DNA of 63,775 nucleotides, the filler included, from Neolecta irregularis DAH-3 (lineage: Eukaryota), in assembly GCA_001929475.1 (NCBI GenBank). It is 10 parts of 10 records of this genome, joined end to end, with 100 filler letters (N's around TTAATTAATTAA, not from the genome) between each part and the next. Parts side by side here need not be neighbours in the genome. Positions count along the whole stretch, not along the records: positions 1 to 8,433 come from LXFE01000185.1; positions 8,534 to 11,599 come from LXFE01002506.1; positions 11,700 to 35,112 come from LXFE01000186.1; 7 more parts are not named here. One strand, written 5' to 3'. Shown here piece by piece: positions 1-13,809 of this stretch. A program made the translations under genes and the position numbers. The notes beneath the pieces were generated by a model. That model was not told the DNA's origin. It searched no databases and saw nothing but the letters and a program-made list of their open reading frames with translations. Each line of letters begins with the position of its first letter. The first letter of the stretch is position 1.

Positions 1-3000
1 GGATAAACTCTGGTTTGCTGAATTTCTCACCTGAGCATGACTGTCGGTCAAAACTTCGGATAATCGAGGAACAATTTCCGGTAACGAATAAGACAGTTGG
101 CGGGGTGCACAATAAGCCATCGAGCCAAGGAGTTCTATGGCGCCCTTCTTCGACCGCCATTGATCCTCAGTAAGACCTGACAAAAGAAATGGCAAAATAA
201 CATTGACGCAATGGCCACTGAGATTGCTCATTATTGTTCTAAATCAGTAAGCTCAATCGTAAGATAAAGTTTACCTGGCACACTCTTGGCTTGCTTCTCG
301 TACTTCAGAATCAGGATCGCCAAAGGCAATAACCAGATAAGGTAGCAAGGATGCAATAAACGGTTCGAACAATCTACCGAGAAGTTGGGACAGCGCCTCA
401 AAACAAAACAAACTTCCTTGACGCATCTTAGGGGCCTTGCGGTTTTCAATTGCAGTTTGGAGATGACTAAGGACTTCGCAGTTTTTTAAGGCACTAATAC
501 CATAACCTTTGATGACGCCGGCAAGTCCGTAAGCCCCTCCCTTCCGTTCGGCATAACTATTTGAAGAGAGAGCTTCTTTCAGCATTTTATCGACAAAGCC
601 TCTCTGTGGAACATCAACTAGTTTGATAAGAGGAGATAAGCACGTAGCGACTGCTTGCTGCACTGCTTCAGATGGTGTCTTCAAAGCCGAGATTAATCGA
701 GTCATAATGTCCCCAATCCTGGGGTCGCCTTTCTTCAAGTGTCGCGCGAGAGAGCCATAGAGAATTACCACTGATTCTTGCACAAAGTCCTGTCGCTCAT
801 CGAGTTTATTCACTGGCCTCGAAAGGAATTCTTCTAATTTTCCGGCAATGGCTTCAATTCGCGAGTGACCAACTAGAATAATTTCGAGACCTGCCTTTAG
901 CATCATTTGTCTGACGTCACTATTTCGATCACCAAGAGACTCGTCTGTTAAAAATTGCACAAGTTCGTCAAGTAGCTCTCCTTCAAAGCGATCCGCGAGC
1001 AAGACAAGAGTATTAGCGACACCATGACGAGAAACCCAAGGATCTTCTGCGTTGAGAGATTCTTTGATCAGCATGCCGTATTCGTCGTACTGAGGTCGAA
1101 CCGGTTCGGCCTGAATATAATTGAGTCTATTTCCGATTAAAATTGTCACCTTGATTCTGTAAAGCCCTGATAATTCATTCCACACTGGACGCAGCTTATC
1201 CGGGAATTCGTCGATGGATGCAGAAATTGCCTTGGAAGCTACCTGGCGGATGTAGGAAGACTTGTTGTCTATAAATGAGATTATTATTGATCAAAGTTGC
1301 TTACTGAGATACATCAGAAGAGAGGAAACGGATTCTTCTTTCACTTCAAGGCCATTGTCATCCCAAATTTTATTCGCGAGCTCGTTGATAACCATGTCAT
1401 CATCTTGGCAAGCGATCCAAATCTCTTCGCAGTACCCCATATCGATGAGGTCCAAGGCCTATGAAGTTACAAAGTTCGCGAAAACAGGACAAACATCTAG
1501 CGACTGTAGAGATATTGTCCGAACAGCGGGTTCTGGAGAGATTGACCCCTTTGCGAGAACATCAATTTCTTGAGGAGAGATGTTATTTTTGATGAGCTCT
1601 GTTGTACTGACCACATAATGTTTGACTTTTTTGAAGTATTGAGGGGAGCGTTGAACTAGATCAAGGACTGCTCTAAATATGCTCTCTCGGTCGATATTCA
1701 AGTCAATAACTAAAGATGAGGTTTGCTCAAAAAAGAAAACATACGAAGGGAAGAATTGGAAGCCAGAACCTCCAATGCTAAAGTTAACTGCTCATCATAT
1801 TCTTCCGACGATCTATCGTCCAGTTGATTGTTAATGACGATATTCAAAAGAAGAGGAAGCGTATAAATAAACGGAGCTACGTCGAAAGGTCGTTGTTCAC
1901 TTGTAAACCGTAGTTTATACAACACGCGCGTTATGAGCTCTTGAATATGTCAAGTAAGACACTCGAAAGTCAGAAAAATACCTGTCGATCTCTCGTGAGT
2001 AAACTGTTCCGGCATATCTTGGAGGGTATAGCTTCTTAAAGTGGCTGTACCAACTGATTCACTGAAAAGCCCTAATCGAGATGTTGCGACTTTGGAAAGT
2101 TTCTTTCAAGTCAGTAAAAACTTCATCATTACACACCAGATATGTATCGATTCCTACATCACCTACGAGATCTCGTGTACTTTCAAGTCCTTTAATAAGA
2201 AGAACCTTGATGGCTCTGGCTAGCCAAACCTCGATTCCCTCTTGACTTCCTATACACAGAGCTCGAATGATCCCTAATCCTTTCATGGCTTTAGTGTAAC
2301 TTTCTTCGACTCGCGCTCTGATAATCTTTTCCTTCGCCATCTGATCAGCGATAGCCTTTTCTTCCTCTTTGGTGAGTTTCTTTTGTGGAATGCCTTTCTT
2401 TTGGGCAATTTGAGCGCGGACTTCGGTTTCCCATTTCTCAGTCTCATAGTTTTTGCTATTTTTCTCAATAGGAGTGGATTTATCAAGAACTAATATTCAG
2501 AAAAGATGTCAGGCATCACTTGCTGTTGATATATGGGGCATCATCCGGAGCCTTCCAGATTGCGATTTCCAGTGATCCAATTCCTTGATATATTGTGGGC
2601 GAAAGATCCTCTTCGAACAGGCCAATAAGTCGCCGAGTCAGAACATCCGGGGCGACGAAAACCAAGATTTCGCAAGCTTTTAATACAGAATCTTGATTGC
2701 TCAAGCCTTGATGATATATGATTTCCATAAATTTATCTGAATATTGAACAACGAGATCGTGAGGATCTTGGCCTACTCTCAAGCAAATGTCGGTCCAGAG
2801 TTGTGTATTTGGGATATTTTCTGCTAATTAAAGTGTGTGCGGGAATTTTCGCTGTACCAAAAACAGGATGGGACATGAGGAATAAAAGTTTGACCAAGAC
2901 TATGGCGAGCGAGTTCTTTTGCTCATCCGAGACAGAAACAGCAAGACTTGCGATTACACGAGGGAAATGCTTGAGATTCGAGGAGGAAAACTCGACTGAG

Positions 3001-5128
3001 CTGGATGTCCCTTCAGAAGCCTGAGTGTTGAGATATTATATAATTGGTGACATACTAGAACCAAGATCCAAAAACTTTCGACGATTGCATGATCGAGCAA
3101 ATTAATACGATGCCCAACCACGTGTGAAAATACTTTGATTGCCATAGTCCTGACTGAAAAGTGCAATTTTATTTCAGTTGTGAAATATAGCATTGCAAGG
3201 ACCCAATCGATTGCAAATTTTTGCAGTAAATGGGGTTCAGTGTACTCGCCAATGCATTGCAATGCAGTGACATTCCATATTTGCTCTTCAACGGATGTAA
3301 GCTTTGTGTAAATTCTACTCCAAAGAGGAAAAGGCTTTGCTGTCGTCCAATCGAGACAAGTTTTATGAAATGACATTTTTGAAAACGAGTTTTCTGGAAA
3401 CTCCGAGAGACGAAGGCCGACTGATATACATACCAGACCCGAGACAACAGTACCGGCTTGTAATGCTTGGGTCGGATTTGTGGAGACTTGCTGCCATACA
3501 GAGTACAACAATGGGCTTGTCAAGACAGCCAATTCGGAAAGTGGGTTTGAAAGTTGTGTTGAATTCAAGATGAGACTACCGAGGCCTGATAACCATGAAA
3601 ACTGAAGCTTGACTTTTTTCTCCTTGAGTCGTTCAACAAAGAAGGTTATGGTAGTATTAGGAAGAGTTTCAGATTTTAAAAGAAACTCGAGGTGTGCCAT
3701 GTAAGCTTTTGATAATGCCATTTGAACATTTTCATAGAGTTCTTTCGCATACGATGATTCCACAGCTTTTAAAATTTCAGTCGAGGTTTTCTTGGATGCA
3801 GGGAAATATCCCAGATAAGAAGAACACAAAGCTCTCTGCTCTGGATTTGCTAGAGCTAAATATTATCAAGACCGTTCCAGTGAATGGAACAAGAACCTGA
3901 AGCATCGAGGATGGTAGATATGCAGGTACTGGCTAAATCTTGATTTTTGCATCGGGAAACGATATTTTTAAAAGTTTGAATGCTATGGAGTCGTACAGCT
4001 GTATTTGAACTTTTCAATAAGGGTAGAAACGATTTTAACAGCTTTTCAAAGACCATTTCACTTGGATCGATATCATCGGACAGACTGGAAAAAAGATGTA
4101 CTAGTACACCTAATGGTTCAACGTTTGGGTTTTAAAAAATACATACCATCAAGAACGACTTCTGGATTCCTCAACAAGGCCTTTTCGACGGATGGTAAGA
4201 TATCCTTGTTCAATTCTTCGAGCGTGATAAATCTGCGAAAGAAATCATTGTATGCAGCCTAGTCCATCAACGCCTGCATCTTTAACGCTGAATCACACTG
4301 AAATCTTGGCATCAACTGCCTTTTTAGACCCAAGGACTTTGGTCAAGTAAAGTCCCAGGATGGCTTTCTTATTCTCTTGAACGAGATCCTTGGCTCCAGT
4401 ATGATACGCTACATCCGCGATTTGTCCAAGTAACAAAATACTCGTAATATCACCTTTTACTAGCTCACTGATGAAATATTGTGCCAGAGCACCTTTTTTC
4501 CCATCAATTTCCTGACAAAAACACTCTTTCAAAGCACGACGAGTAACGACGACTGCATGTTTTCGAAGAGTTGGTTTTAAGGGTAAAACAATACATGACG
4601 TTAGTAACTTTGCTTGAAACTCTAATAATTCAATTGGCGGCACCAATCGACCTTTTGCGCTGAATACAATCAAGGCACTTGTCCATTCGACGAGTATTAA
4701 CGAGGTAGATACCGCTACTGCTGGATTTAAACATTTGTCGACATCTTTTGCAAGTAGGGAGATGAATGTGTTGATTGTAAATAACGAATCGAGATCGTAG
4801 AATGCTTCGAGGACGTTTATAACTGAATTTCGAGAACGAGAATCGTTGTATCGTGGAGCTAATTGAATAACCAGACACAGTAATTCGTAAACAGTGGCAT
4901 TTGGTCTAGTTTCTAGGGTTGTATTAGATCTTTTTTGTCTGGAGTTGGGAGGCAACCTAGAGATTTGATGTATGGAATCATTTTATTTTTGATAAAAGTG
5001 AGTCTGGTAAAAGGAGACGACGACCGCAATGCAACAAACGCTTCATCTAAAAGGTTATTTGAATCCGTCATGTCCGCTGAATCCGTTTCCAATGGAATTT
5101 GTTCTTCGTCATTGTGGAGGACAGCCAT
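1..5128 (-). CDS. GCN1: Translational activator Gcn1 (HEAT repeats), multi-exon, 3' part runs off the window
   Basis: Successive minus-strand ORFs with Gcn1 motifs such as [33 protein letters not shown] and [16 protein letters not shown], separated by ~40-nt GT-AG introns. Confidence 0.93.
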
Positions 5129-5280
5129 ACAGAAATTTCAAATAGGCCCAAAATTCGAAACAACCTCCCTCTCAGCAGCCCCCTTACCCATCTTCATCAT
5201 ACTCCCAAAAAACAAATTATTTTATTAATTTCAATTATCAACAAGCAAAACACAAAATATCCCTCTCTAGCAAATCCAAT

Positions 5281-5331
5281 GTCTGTCTGTCTGTCTGTCC
5301 GTCCGTCTATGTATGTATGTATGAATGAATG
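5281..5331. repeat. Compound tetranucleotide microsatellite (GTCT)n(GTCC)n(GTAT)n(GAAT)n
   Basis: Read directly at 5281-5331. Confidence 0.8.
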
Positions 5332-5606
5332 TGCAAATATACAAACCGCATTCGTTAGTATGGACCTAAATATACGATTTTCGAATGTGTACATAGAACT
5401 ACAAAGCAAGAAAAAAAGAAAGAAAGGAATAAAGGAAGTAAAAGAGAAATTTGAAAAAAACCCAATGGAGACGATATAAACACCTGAATTAGAACACTCA
5501 CAAACAAAAATACGAAGTAGAATGAAATAAAGAAGGTGGAATCCGACATAATAAATATAACAACTGTGCATAAAAAAATTAAAGAAATAAAAAACAAAAA
5601 TAACAA

Positions 5607-6738
5607 TTAAGAGAAACGACGGTTTATGACGGTGGTATTTGTATTTTCAGCATGTTGATAATCGACATGTTCAATAGCTTCCCAAAGGTCCTTTGTCACG
5701 AAATTATCAAAGGACGAAGAAGAAACTCGGTTATCAGCTCTCGAGGGCGGCGACTCTACGACCGAAGAAGTAGTTTTTGAGAAAGTTTGAGAGAGTGGAG
5801 AACTGGATGGCGTAACTGGATTTACCGTACTATTAATAGAATTACTTCGCGATGATCGGAGAGTTTGAGAATTGGAGATGTCGATGGTGGTGGTGGTGCA
5901 TACTTGAGTTGTTTTCTTAGGAATAAAATGGAGGAAACAACATCGAGAACCATAGTAACAACTGCCCAACTAAAGAAAACCAGTCAGCTTGCAAGAGTAA
6001 TAAAATACCTCTATGAATGTTTTGCATGGTTCGGTTTTATATTTTGGATGACGCGGAAGATCGCGTAATTCCGCTTTGCTATGCGCGAATTGACATTTAA
6101 TGCCATATCTAAGGATAAACCACTTTTACTAGCAAAAGGCAGACAAACCTGCAAGAGCCTTTTTCTTCCCAGGAGCGGCAGAGTTCTGTCTTATACAACT
6201 TTGCCTTTCTGGTACCGTCTTTATCGTCTGAGCGTCTTGCTTCTTGCTTTCTGGAAGAAGGGGATGAGTCAGGCGGAAGCACTACTTGCGGTTGGAGAGT
6301 ATTTAGTGCGGTGGTATGGGTGTCAAAGTGTGCTAGATATCTTGGAAACTGTCTTTTTGAAGAAAGGTTGTCGTATGGGTAATTGAAGCGCGACTCTGAG
6401 TATGGAGGAGAAGAAGAAGAGTGGTCCCAGGTGAGTGTTGGGGAGTAGCTTGCAGAGCGAGGACAGACTTGGTCAAAGGCACACGAATTCAAGGGCGAGG
6501 GCGGGTTCCAATGCAATCTGTTTGGCGGGTAAGAACCACAAAAATCTCTTCGTCTGGTACTCGATGCGACTGACGGCTGCTGCTGCTGGGATACAGCAGA
6601 GGAATGCGAGTACATATTGTATAACGAGGGAGTGTGATGAAATGTGTGATGCGAAAAAGTTTCGGACATCTCGATTGAGCGGGATGTCTCAGGCTTTATA
6701 ACCTGACCACAGCAGCCTTGTAGCGGTAACCCATGCAT
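5607..6738 (-). CDS. Tandem CCCH zinc-finger mRNA-decay protein (TTP/Cth/Zfs1 family)
   Basis: [17 protein letters not shown]...KCQFAH and [12 protein letters not shown]...[13 protein letters not shown] fingers split by short introns; start codon uncertain. Confidence 0.9.
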
Positions 6739-7237
6739 CTTGCTCTAGTCTGGAAAAAAACAGACACGGAATTCCAAGAGACAAGATGCTGCAAACACAC
6801 ATTCTCTGGTGGTCGGGGCTGCGAGTGGTTTCGTGGATTATGCTCTGGGTGTGCAAATAGACAAGCACGGGCGGCGTTACGCTAGTACCTCGATCCAGGC
6901 GGCATCTCGGCCGAGACTCGATTACGTAGAGTGAGAATAGCCATACATCCAAGTTGAGATCAAGAGGATATTACAAGGGCTATTTCAGAGTGTTTTTTAT
7001 TTCACAGAATAAAACTGTTATATAAACTATAAATAAACTATTTTATAATCCTTTTCAAAAGTAGTTTTTAAGCTCTTTACACTAGTTTATATTTCAATCG
7101 AAAAAATGTTCCAAACGCGGATTCAATGCAATTGGTTCCGCTTTTGAATAGTCGCCTCCTTTCTTAAACCACCACCATCACCCACCACCAATCCACTTTT
7201 CTTCGCACCCATCAAACCACTTTTGTCGTCTTTGAAA

Positions 7238-8142
7238 ATGGAATCGTATGGTGCTTCTCAAGGAAATATCTTTAGCGGACCTGCTCGGGATACGTGTTAT
7301 AACTGTGAGTATAACCCGTTTTTCAATTTTTTCATTCACTTGTTTCTGGGCTGAGTAGGTAGGTAATCTAAAGGGTCATCTAGTACGTTTTGTTCTTTGA
7401 TGAGATGTAATGTGCAGGCTCGTGCGTGTCCTTCGAACGGAAGTCCAACATGGTATGCCTTTGAACGACTTCTGCTTACGGCAGCTATAATTGCAATCGT
7501 GGGGTTTTGCTGTTGTGTTGAGGTGATTGAGTTTTTGTTAGACGAAGGCCACAAGGCAGCCGAGTGCACGGAACCGCAGCGCGAGCGATCGTGCTACCGA
7601 TGCGGTGAAGTTGGGTAGTGGGCGAGTGTGGGGTGATGTTGACAGACAGCCATTTGAGCCGCGAATGTACCTCTGCGACACCGACGTCTAATTATGGCGG
7701 GATGAGCAGCGGGTCTGAATGCTACAAGTGTAATCAACGTCTTTGTTAATATTGTGGCTAATTTCAGGTGGGGAAGTTGGACATGTGGCTCGCCAGTGCA
7801 ACAGCGGGTTTGGTGAAGGGCGAGCGTCTGGCGCCGGTGGCGGCGGCGGCTATGGGCGCGATGCACCGCGGATTACATGCTATTGCTGCGGCGGTAAGTG
7901 CTCGACCGGCTGGCCTGCTGCTGATAAGAGGCACTGGCCATATGGCACGCGAATGTATGCAGGGCCAACAGAAGAAGTGCTATGCGTGCGGCAAGCTTGG
8001 ACAGTAAGAGTGCACGCAGTGTGTGCCGCTAATTAGCAGCATGTCGCGCGAGTGCGAGCGCGCCCCGGCAGCCCGGGTGTGCTATTTGTGCCACGAGGCT
8101 GGCCATATCCGGGCGGAGTGTCCGAATGCGGCTGCGCAGTGA
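7238..8142 (+). CDS. Multi-CCHC zinc-knuckle nucleic-acid-binding protein (CNBP/Gis2/Byr3 family), many micro-exons
   Basis: Repeated CYxC-x4-H-x4-C knuckles (CYRCGEVGH, CYACGKLG, CYLCHEAGHIRAEC) and a Gly-rich linker. Confidence 0.88.
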
Positions 8143-8433
8143 GCAGCGGTGCTAGATATGGAGTATCTGTTCTATATGACATTGTTATATATGATGTGCG
8201 TGATTACGAGTATGTGTTGTACTAGCCCTCGAGTTCGATGCTAGATACCGACTAGTTGTCGACTATGGACAGATGGGGAGTGTCTGCCTGCTCTGGAGGG
8301 CTGCCTTCCCGATGCGGCACACGCCACCCGCGATAGAGATAAAACCTCTGCAACGCTTCCCGGCGGTTCTCCATGGACGACGCCGCCTCGCCGCTGCGGC
8401 TGCCGCTGCCCGTTGCAAAGCGCCTGGTCCTGC

Positions 8434-8533
8434 NNNNNNNNNNNNNNNNNNNNNNNNNNNNNNNNNNNNNNNNNNNNTTAATTAATTAANNNNNNNNNNN
8501 NNNNNNNNNNNNNNNNNNNNNNNNNNNNNNNNN
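8434..8533. other. Artificial contig spacer (also at 11600-11699, 35113-35212, 48657-48756, 51162-51261, 52344-52443, 54312-54411, 57003-57102, 62590-62689)
   Basis: Identical N44-TTAATTAATTAA-N44 linker with stops in all six frames. Confidence 0.98.
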
Positions 8534-11500
8534 AAATTCAGCCGCTCGAGGGTTGGAATAAATCCATGTCTTCCAAGGAAGCTGCCATTCTTCTCAAAAA
8601 CAGAGGTCTCCGTAATGGCGAGGTTCTTGGGAATAGATTTCAAAAGAATATCGACCCTGCCATTGGGGCTGCATATATGCGTTGTTTTTCCAAAGAGGCA
8701 GCCGAAGAAGAGTATCAGAAAATCCTCGATGAAGTCAATTTGCAATTCTATAAAACATACGACAAGGATGTCGAAACAATTATGAAACAATTATTTGATC
8801 GTCTCAAATACTTGCGAATTGATGACCATGGTCCTAAACAAGGCGAAATAAATGAGAAGTATGCTGTTCTTTTTGCTGAAACCCTAATCCAACAGTTCTC
8901 CATTCGTCGAAACATATTTCACCAGACTTCCTCACAACGAGCGTACCAAGAATCACTCAGAAGATTCTCTCATTCTTGCCAATAACGGATGGGTTTGGGA
9001 ATGTAATCCTCTAGATGACTTTGCCTCCCCCTCGCAGTCAGTATATCTGTTTCGAAAGGTTATAGTCTGGGGAGATTGTGTAAAACTACGGTACGGCTCA
9101 TCTTATGATGACAACCCATTTCTTTGGGATCATATGGCACAGTATACTCGACTCCACGCCAACATCTTTCATGGTTTCCGTATAGACAACTGCCATTCTA
9201 CTCCACTACATGTTGCCACTTATTTGTTGGACGAGGCTAGGAAAGTTCGCGGAGACTTATACATTGTTGCTGAACTCTTCACGGGCAGTGAGGAGATGGA
9301 CTACGAATTTTTGAAGCGTCTCGGCATCGGAAGTCTTATCCGTGAAGCCATGCAAGCGTGGAGTCCTGGCGAACTCTCTCGTCTATCTCATCTTTACGGT
9401 GGAAACCCGATAGGCTCGTTCAATCATCTGTCTCATCATGGTATTAAACAAATCCGTGCCTCTGGGATTCATGCCTTGTTCTTCGATTGTAGTCACGACA
9501 ACGAGATGCCGNNNNNNNNNNGGGAAACCCGATAGGCTCGTTCAATCATCTGTCTCATCATGGTATCAAACAAATCCGTGCCTCTGGGATTCATGCCTTG
9601 TTCTTCGATTGTAGTCACGACAACGAGATGCCGGCACAGAAGCGGACTCCGGAAGACACTTTACCAAATAGTGCTCTTGTCTCAATGGCAATTGCATCAA
9701 CTGGTAGTGTCTATGGATATGACGAAGTCATTCCCAGACATTTGGATATCGTACACGAAACTAGACTTTATGACGTGGAGAAAGCAGGTATTGCTGACAT
9801 GAAAGCTATCATGAACGCGTTACACGTAAAGATGGGACGGGAAGGTTTCACTGAATGCCATGTTCATCATGAAAACGAGGTACTGAATGCTCCTCAAGTT
9901 ACTGTTTGACTTTGATAGTACATAAGTGTCCACCGTGTCCATCCTCAAACACGAGAAGGCTACCTCCTCGTTGCTCATACTGCTTTCTCGAAAAGCTTGG
10001 ATCGTGGTGATTTCAATACGATTGAACTGCGAGGAACTGTCGTTGAAGTCCTGGAAAGCTGTAGGCTGGTTATCAATGGAGATCTTGTGGAAAGGAAAGA
10101 CTTTATCACAGGTTTGCCTTCCGAGCTCGAACAATTGGAACACCCCAAGATCGAAATGAAAGATAGCATCACTCAAATTACTATCCCCAAACAGTTTCCT
10201 CCCGGTAGCATCGCCCTTCTTCATACACAGACGATAATCTACGAAAATTTAGACTCATTCTTGATTGCAGATGCCGAAGAGGCTGTCCAAACATTGAATC
10301 TCGTTGATCTCAACATTCTCTTATATCGGTGTGATGGAGAGGAGAAAGATTACACAGAAGGTAAAGATGGTGCTTATGGGGTCCCCAACTATGGCCTCCT
10401 TGTCTATTGCGGACTTGAAGGCTGGATGGGGCCTTTACGGGAAATTATTCGTAAGAATTACCTTGGCCATCCGCTTTGCGATCACCTTCGAGAAGGTCAT
10501 TGGGCTCTCGACTATACTGTACGCCGACTGGAGACATATTGCAAAGAATTTCCCTCTCTTCAGGCTCCAGCTCAGTGGCTCCAGAGGAAATTTGAGAAGA
10601 TAAAAAATGTTGTATATTATCTTGTTCCTCGACTTTTCGCGATGGTTATCCAGACTTTATACAATGCAGCTGTCGAGAGAGCTATCTCATTATTTAGACC
10701 TGTTATTTCGAATGGTCATCCCTTCGCACAACAACTCGCATTGTGCTCAGTTCAAATGGTTGGTATTGTAAAGTCAACTTCATTGGTTCCAGACAAGACC
10801 TTAGCAAGCATGGCCGCGGGTCTTCCTCATTTTTCTTACGACTATATGCGATGCTGGGGCCGGGATGTATTTATCTCACTTCGAGGATTATTACTTGTTA
10901 CTGGAAGGTTTGGAGAAGCTAAACAGCACATCCTCGCTTTTGCATCTGTCCTTAAACATGGAATGGTTCCCAATCTTCTTGATAAAGGGATTCGGCCTCG
11001 CTACAATTCGCGTGATAGCGTTTGGTTTTTCCTTCAGGCCATTCAAGATTACGTTGAAATGGCTCCTGATGGGGAGAAGTTATTGGATCAGAAGGTCAAA
11101 AGACGATTTCCACTTGATGATACATTTACTGCGATCGATGATCCACGAACATTCTCCTATGAAAGCAGTATTCTCGAAGTTATTCACGAAATTATGCAAA
11201 GGCAAGCAGGCGGGTTGAATTTTCGAGAAGCAAATGCTGGGATTGGCCTCGATTCTCAGATGTCTGACGAAGGATTCAACATCAATATCGAGGTCGACTG
11301 GAATACCGGGTTGGTATTTGGGGGGTATTGTTTTACTTTAATAATGCAGTCTAACCTCCCAAGCTCGAGATCGAATTGTGGTACTTGGATGGACAAGATG
11401 GGTTCTAGTGAGAAAGCTGGGAACAAGGGAGTACCAGGGACTCCTCGGGATGGAGCTCCGATCGAGATCTCAGGTCTATTGAAGAGCACTCTGAGGTGGA

Positions 11501-11599
11501 TTGTTGAACTGCACAAGAAAGGATCATTTCCGTGGGAATCGGTCGTTGCTACCATCGACGGGATTGAGACCCAAATATCATACCATGATTGGAATGATA
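8534..11599 (+). CDS. GDB1: Glycogen debranching enzyme, partial at both ends
   Basis: GFRIDNCHSTP, AELFTGSEEMD, DCSHDNE, RCWGRDVFISLRG, NCGTWMDKMG. Confidence 0.95.
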
Positions 11600-11908
11600 N
11601 NNNNNNNNNNNNNNNNNNNNNNNNNNNNNNNNNNNNNNNNNNNTTAATTAATTAANNNNNNNNNNNNNNNNNNNNNNNNNNNNNNNNNNNNNNNNNNNNA
11701 AGACTGTTGACCAGAGGTACCATACAAATTATGCCGAGTGAGAACCCTTTGGTCCTGCAAATCCAAGGGAGCTGACATTGTGCAGATCGCACCCAGTTTC
11801 AACATTTAATAGATAGTTATTTGTTTGTATGAATACTGATGATACAATATTTATGCTCGATTTTCTTTGTGGCGGCTTGTCCATAATCTCAACTACTTTA
11901 CTAATCGC

Positions 11909-12868
11909 ATGGAAAAGTACGGAACCCTAGAATTCAAAGACGAAGGGCGCTTTTCAACCATCTACAAGTCGGAATCCAAACAAGAACCTGGCAAGGTCGT
12001 TGCGCTGAAGATTGTAAATAATAATTGTCCTCCCAGCGATGCCCGTCGTGAAGCTACAATATTGAAAGCACTATCTCACGAAAATATCGTATCACTGATC
12101 GAATCGTTCAATTCATATAAAGGATACGTCCTGGTCCTACCGTTCTATCTGGGAACTCTATATTCATTTAAAACGGTGTTGTCAATTTCCGAAATCCGAC
12201 GAAATATTAAATCCTTGACATTAGCGATTGCCTACCTCCACGAGCGGAACATTATTCACAGAGACATAAAACCTTCAAATTGTCTATTATCGAGCCCAGA
12301 CGCAACGCTCAAGCTTTGTGATTTTGGAATAGCCTATGATCCATCTCTATCCAATACAGAGAAACTTGGTCAGTTGTGTCATCACGTTTGCAGTGGGCCT
12401 TACCGACCGCCCGAGCTCATATTCGGATGCAACAATTATGACGTTTCGCTAGATTTATGGAGCTTAGGCGCGACTATTGCAGAGTTTTATACTGTGAGCA
12501 GAAGATTTTTATTCGATGACGGAGCAAGCGAGACAGGCGAAAGTAGCGATCTTCGACTTTTATCTTCAATGGTGAATACCCTGGGGACACCAAAGGATGC
12601 TGATTGGCCTGTATAATTCACAAGAGATGCGACTGATTGATTAAGGAGTGTAACACGTTTCCTCACTATGGAAAACTAAGTTTGAAGGAGATTCCAGGCA
12701 AAATTTGGGAGGAAATCCTTCCAGATGCAGACATGCAAACTATAGAGGTTATCAGCGGGTTGTTAAAGTATTCGAGTAGTCAGAGGATGCCAGCGAACAA
12801 AGTATGTGTGTTAACAGTCTCAGCTAAGCAAGCAGTTATTGTGTTATGATTACTTTGAAGGGCTGTAA
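11909..12868 (+). CDS. CDK-related Ser/Thr kinase, Csk1/Cak1-like CDK-activating kinase
   Basis: VALK, HRDIKPSN, LCDFG, YRPPELIFG motifs; degenerate Gly loop (EGRFSTIY); two 3' introns. Confidence 0.75.
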
Positions 12869-12892
12869 CAACAAAAATAGCCTTTCGAGGTA

Positions 12893-13538
12893 CTAAGCGC
12901 CTTTGAACTATAAAATGAGTGAATGTCTGAATTTATCAAACCTTGTATTTGAGTTTCTCCAGCCCAATGACTCCCTTTTCAACCTCCCTGAAGGAATATT
13001 TTACCGTCTGCCCAATGATATAAAATATGAATGGAAGAGCCCAAAGAATAGCTTTTTCCAAATCCTTTGACGCTTGTGGAGAAAAGTAGCCGCCTAGAAA
13101 GATCTTACAATCAGGGTCATTCCAGACGATTATTTCACCACTATTGACAAAAGACCATTGAACAGCCCTAAATATTTGTCCAAAGGTCCACCCGAGAAGT
13201 ATGAATCAGCCCATATGGTGAAGGCTGTAGCGGATAATGACGAACATGCGATAAAAGAAATAAATACGAAGCCTGGCGGTGTTCGAAAGATGTAAATGAA
13301 TATAGGTAGCACGGAAAGAGCGGCGAAAGCGATCTTACATTAGACCATCAATCTATGTTGAAGGAGGCTAACCCGAGATTGAGCGTTCAGTTTTTCGTCT
13401 TCGGATTTCAAGGAAGATATCAGTTGTTCTTGTTCTGTGATATTAGTTTCGCTTCGTATATGACTTGCCCTGTTCATCAAGATATATCAAGGGTTCATCG
13501 GTTTCCCGTGCAAATCTATTTCTTTTGGTGGTGGGCAT
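12893..13538 (-). CDS. Small multi-pass membrane protein of unknown function
   Basis: Spliced model MPTTKR...YLDEQEQEQLISSLK...TM segments...LEKLKYKFKGA*; first intron is GC-AG. Confidence 0.65.
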
Positions 13539-13809
13539 CCAGGTTCAATTGATCAATAGCCAGAATGAGGTGATACTCATAAGATATATATATATATAAT
13601 AACGCAAAAACAGCGACTTCAAATTGAAGGTCGGACCTGTTTAACCCAAACTACTTTGTCGCGTTAAAAGCTCATATACCCAACAAATACATTGCCACCA
13701 GCAAGAAGTAGATATTCTTGGATTTTGTGCTCAATTACCATGGTATTTTACCGGTGATGCATAAATGCAACGTGGATATTTCTTTGCGATTTGATTTTGT
13801 TGCAATGCC

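Noticed and set aside
8434-8533. TTAATTAATTAA palindrome repeated nine times within N runs
   Set aside because: Artificial contig linker; adjacency across these spacers has no biological meaning
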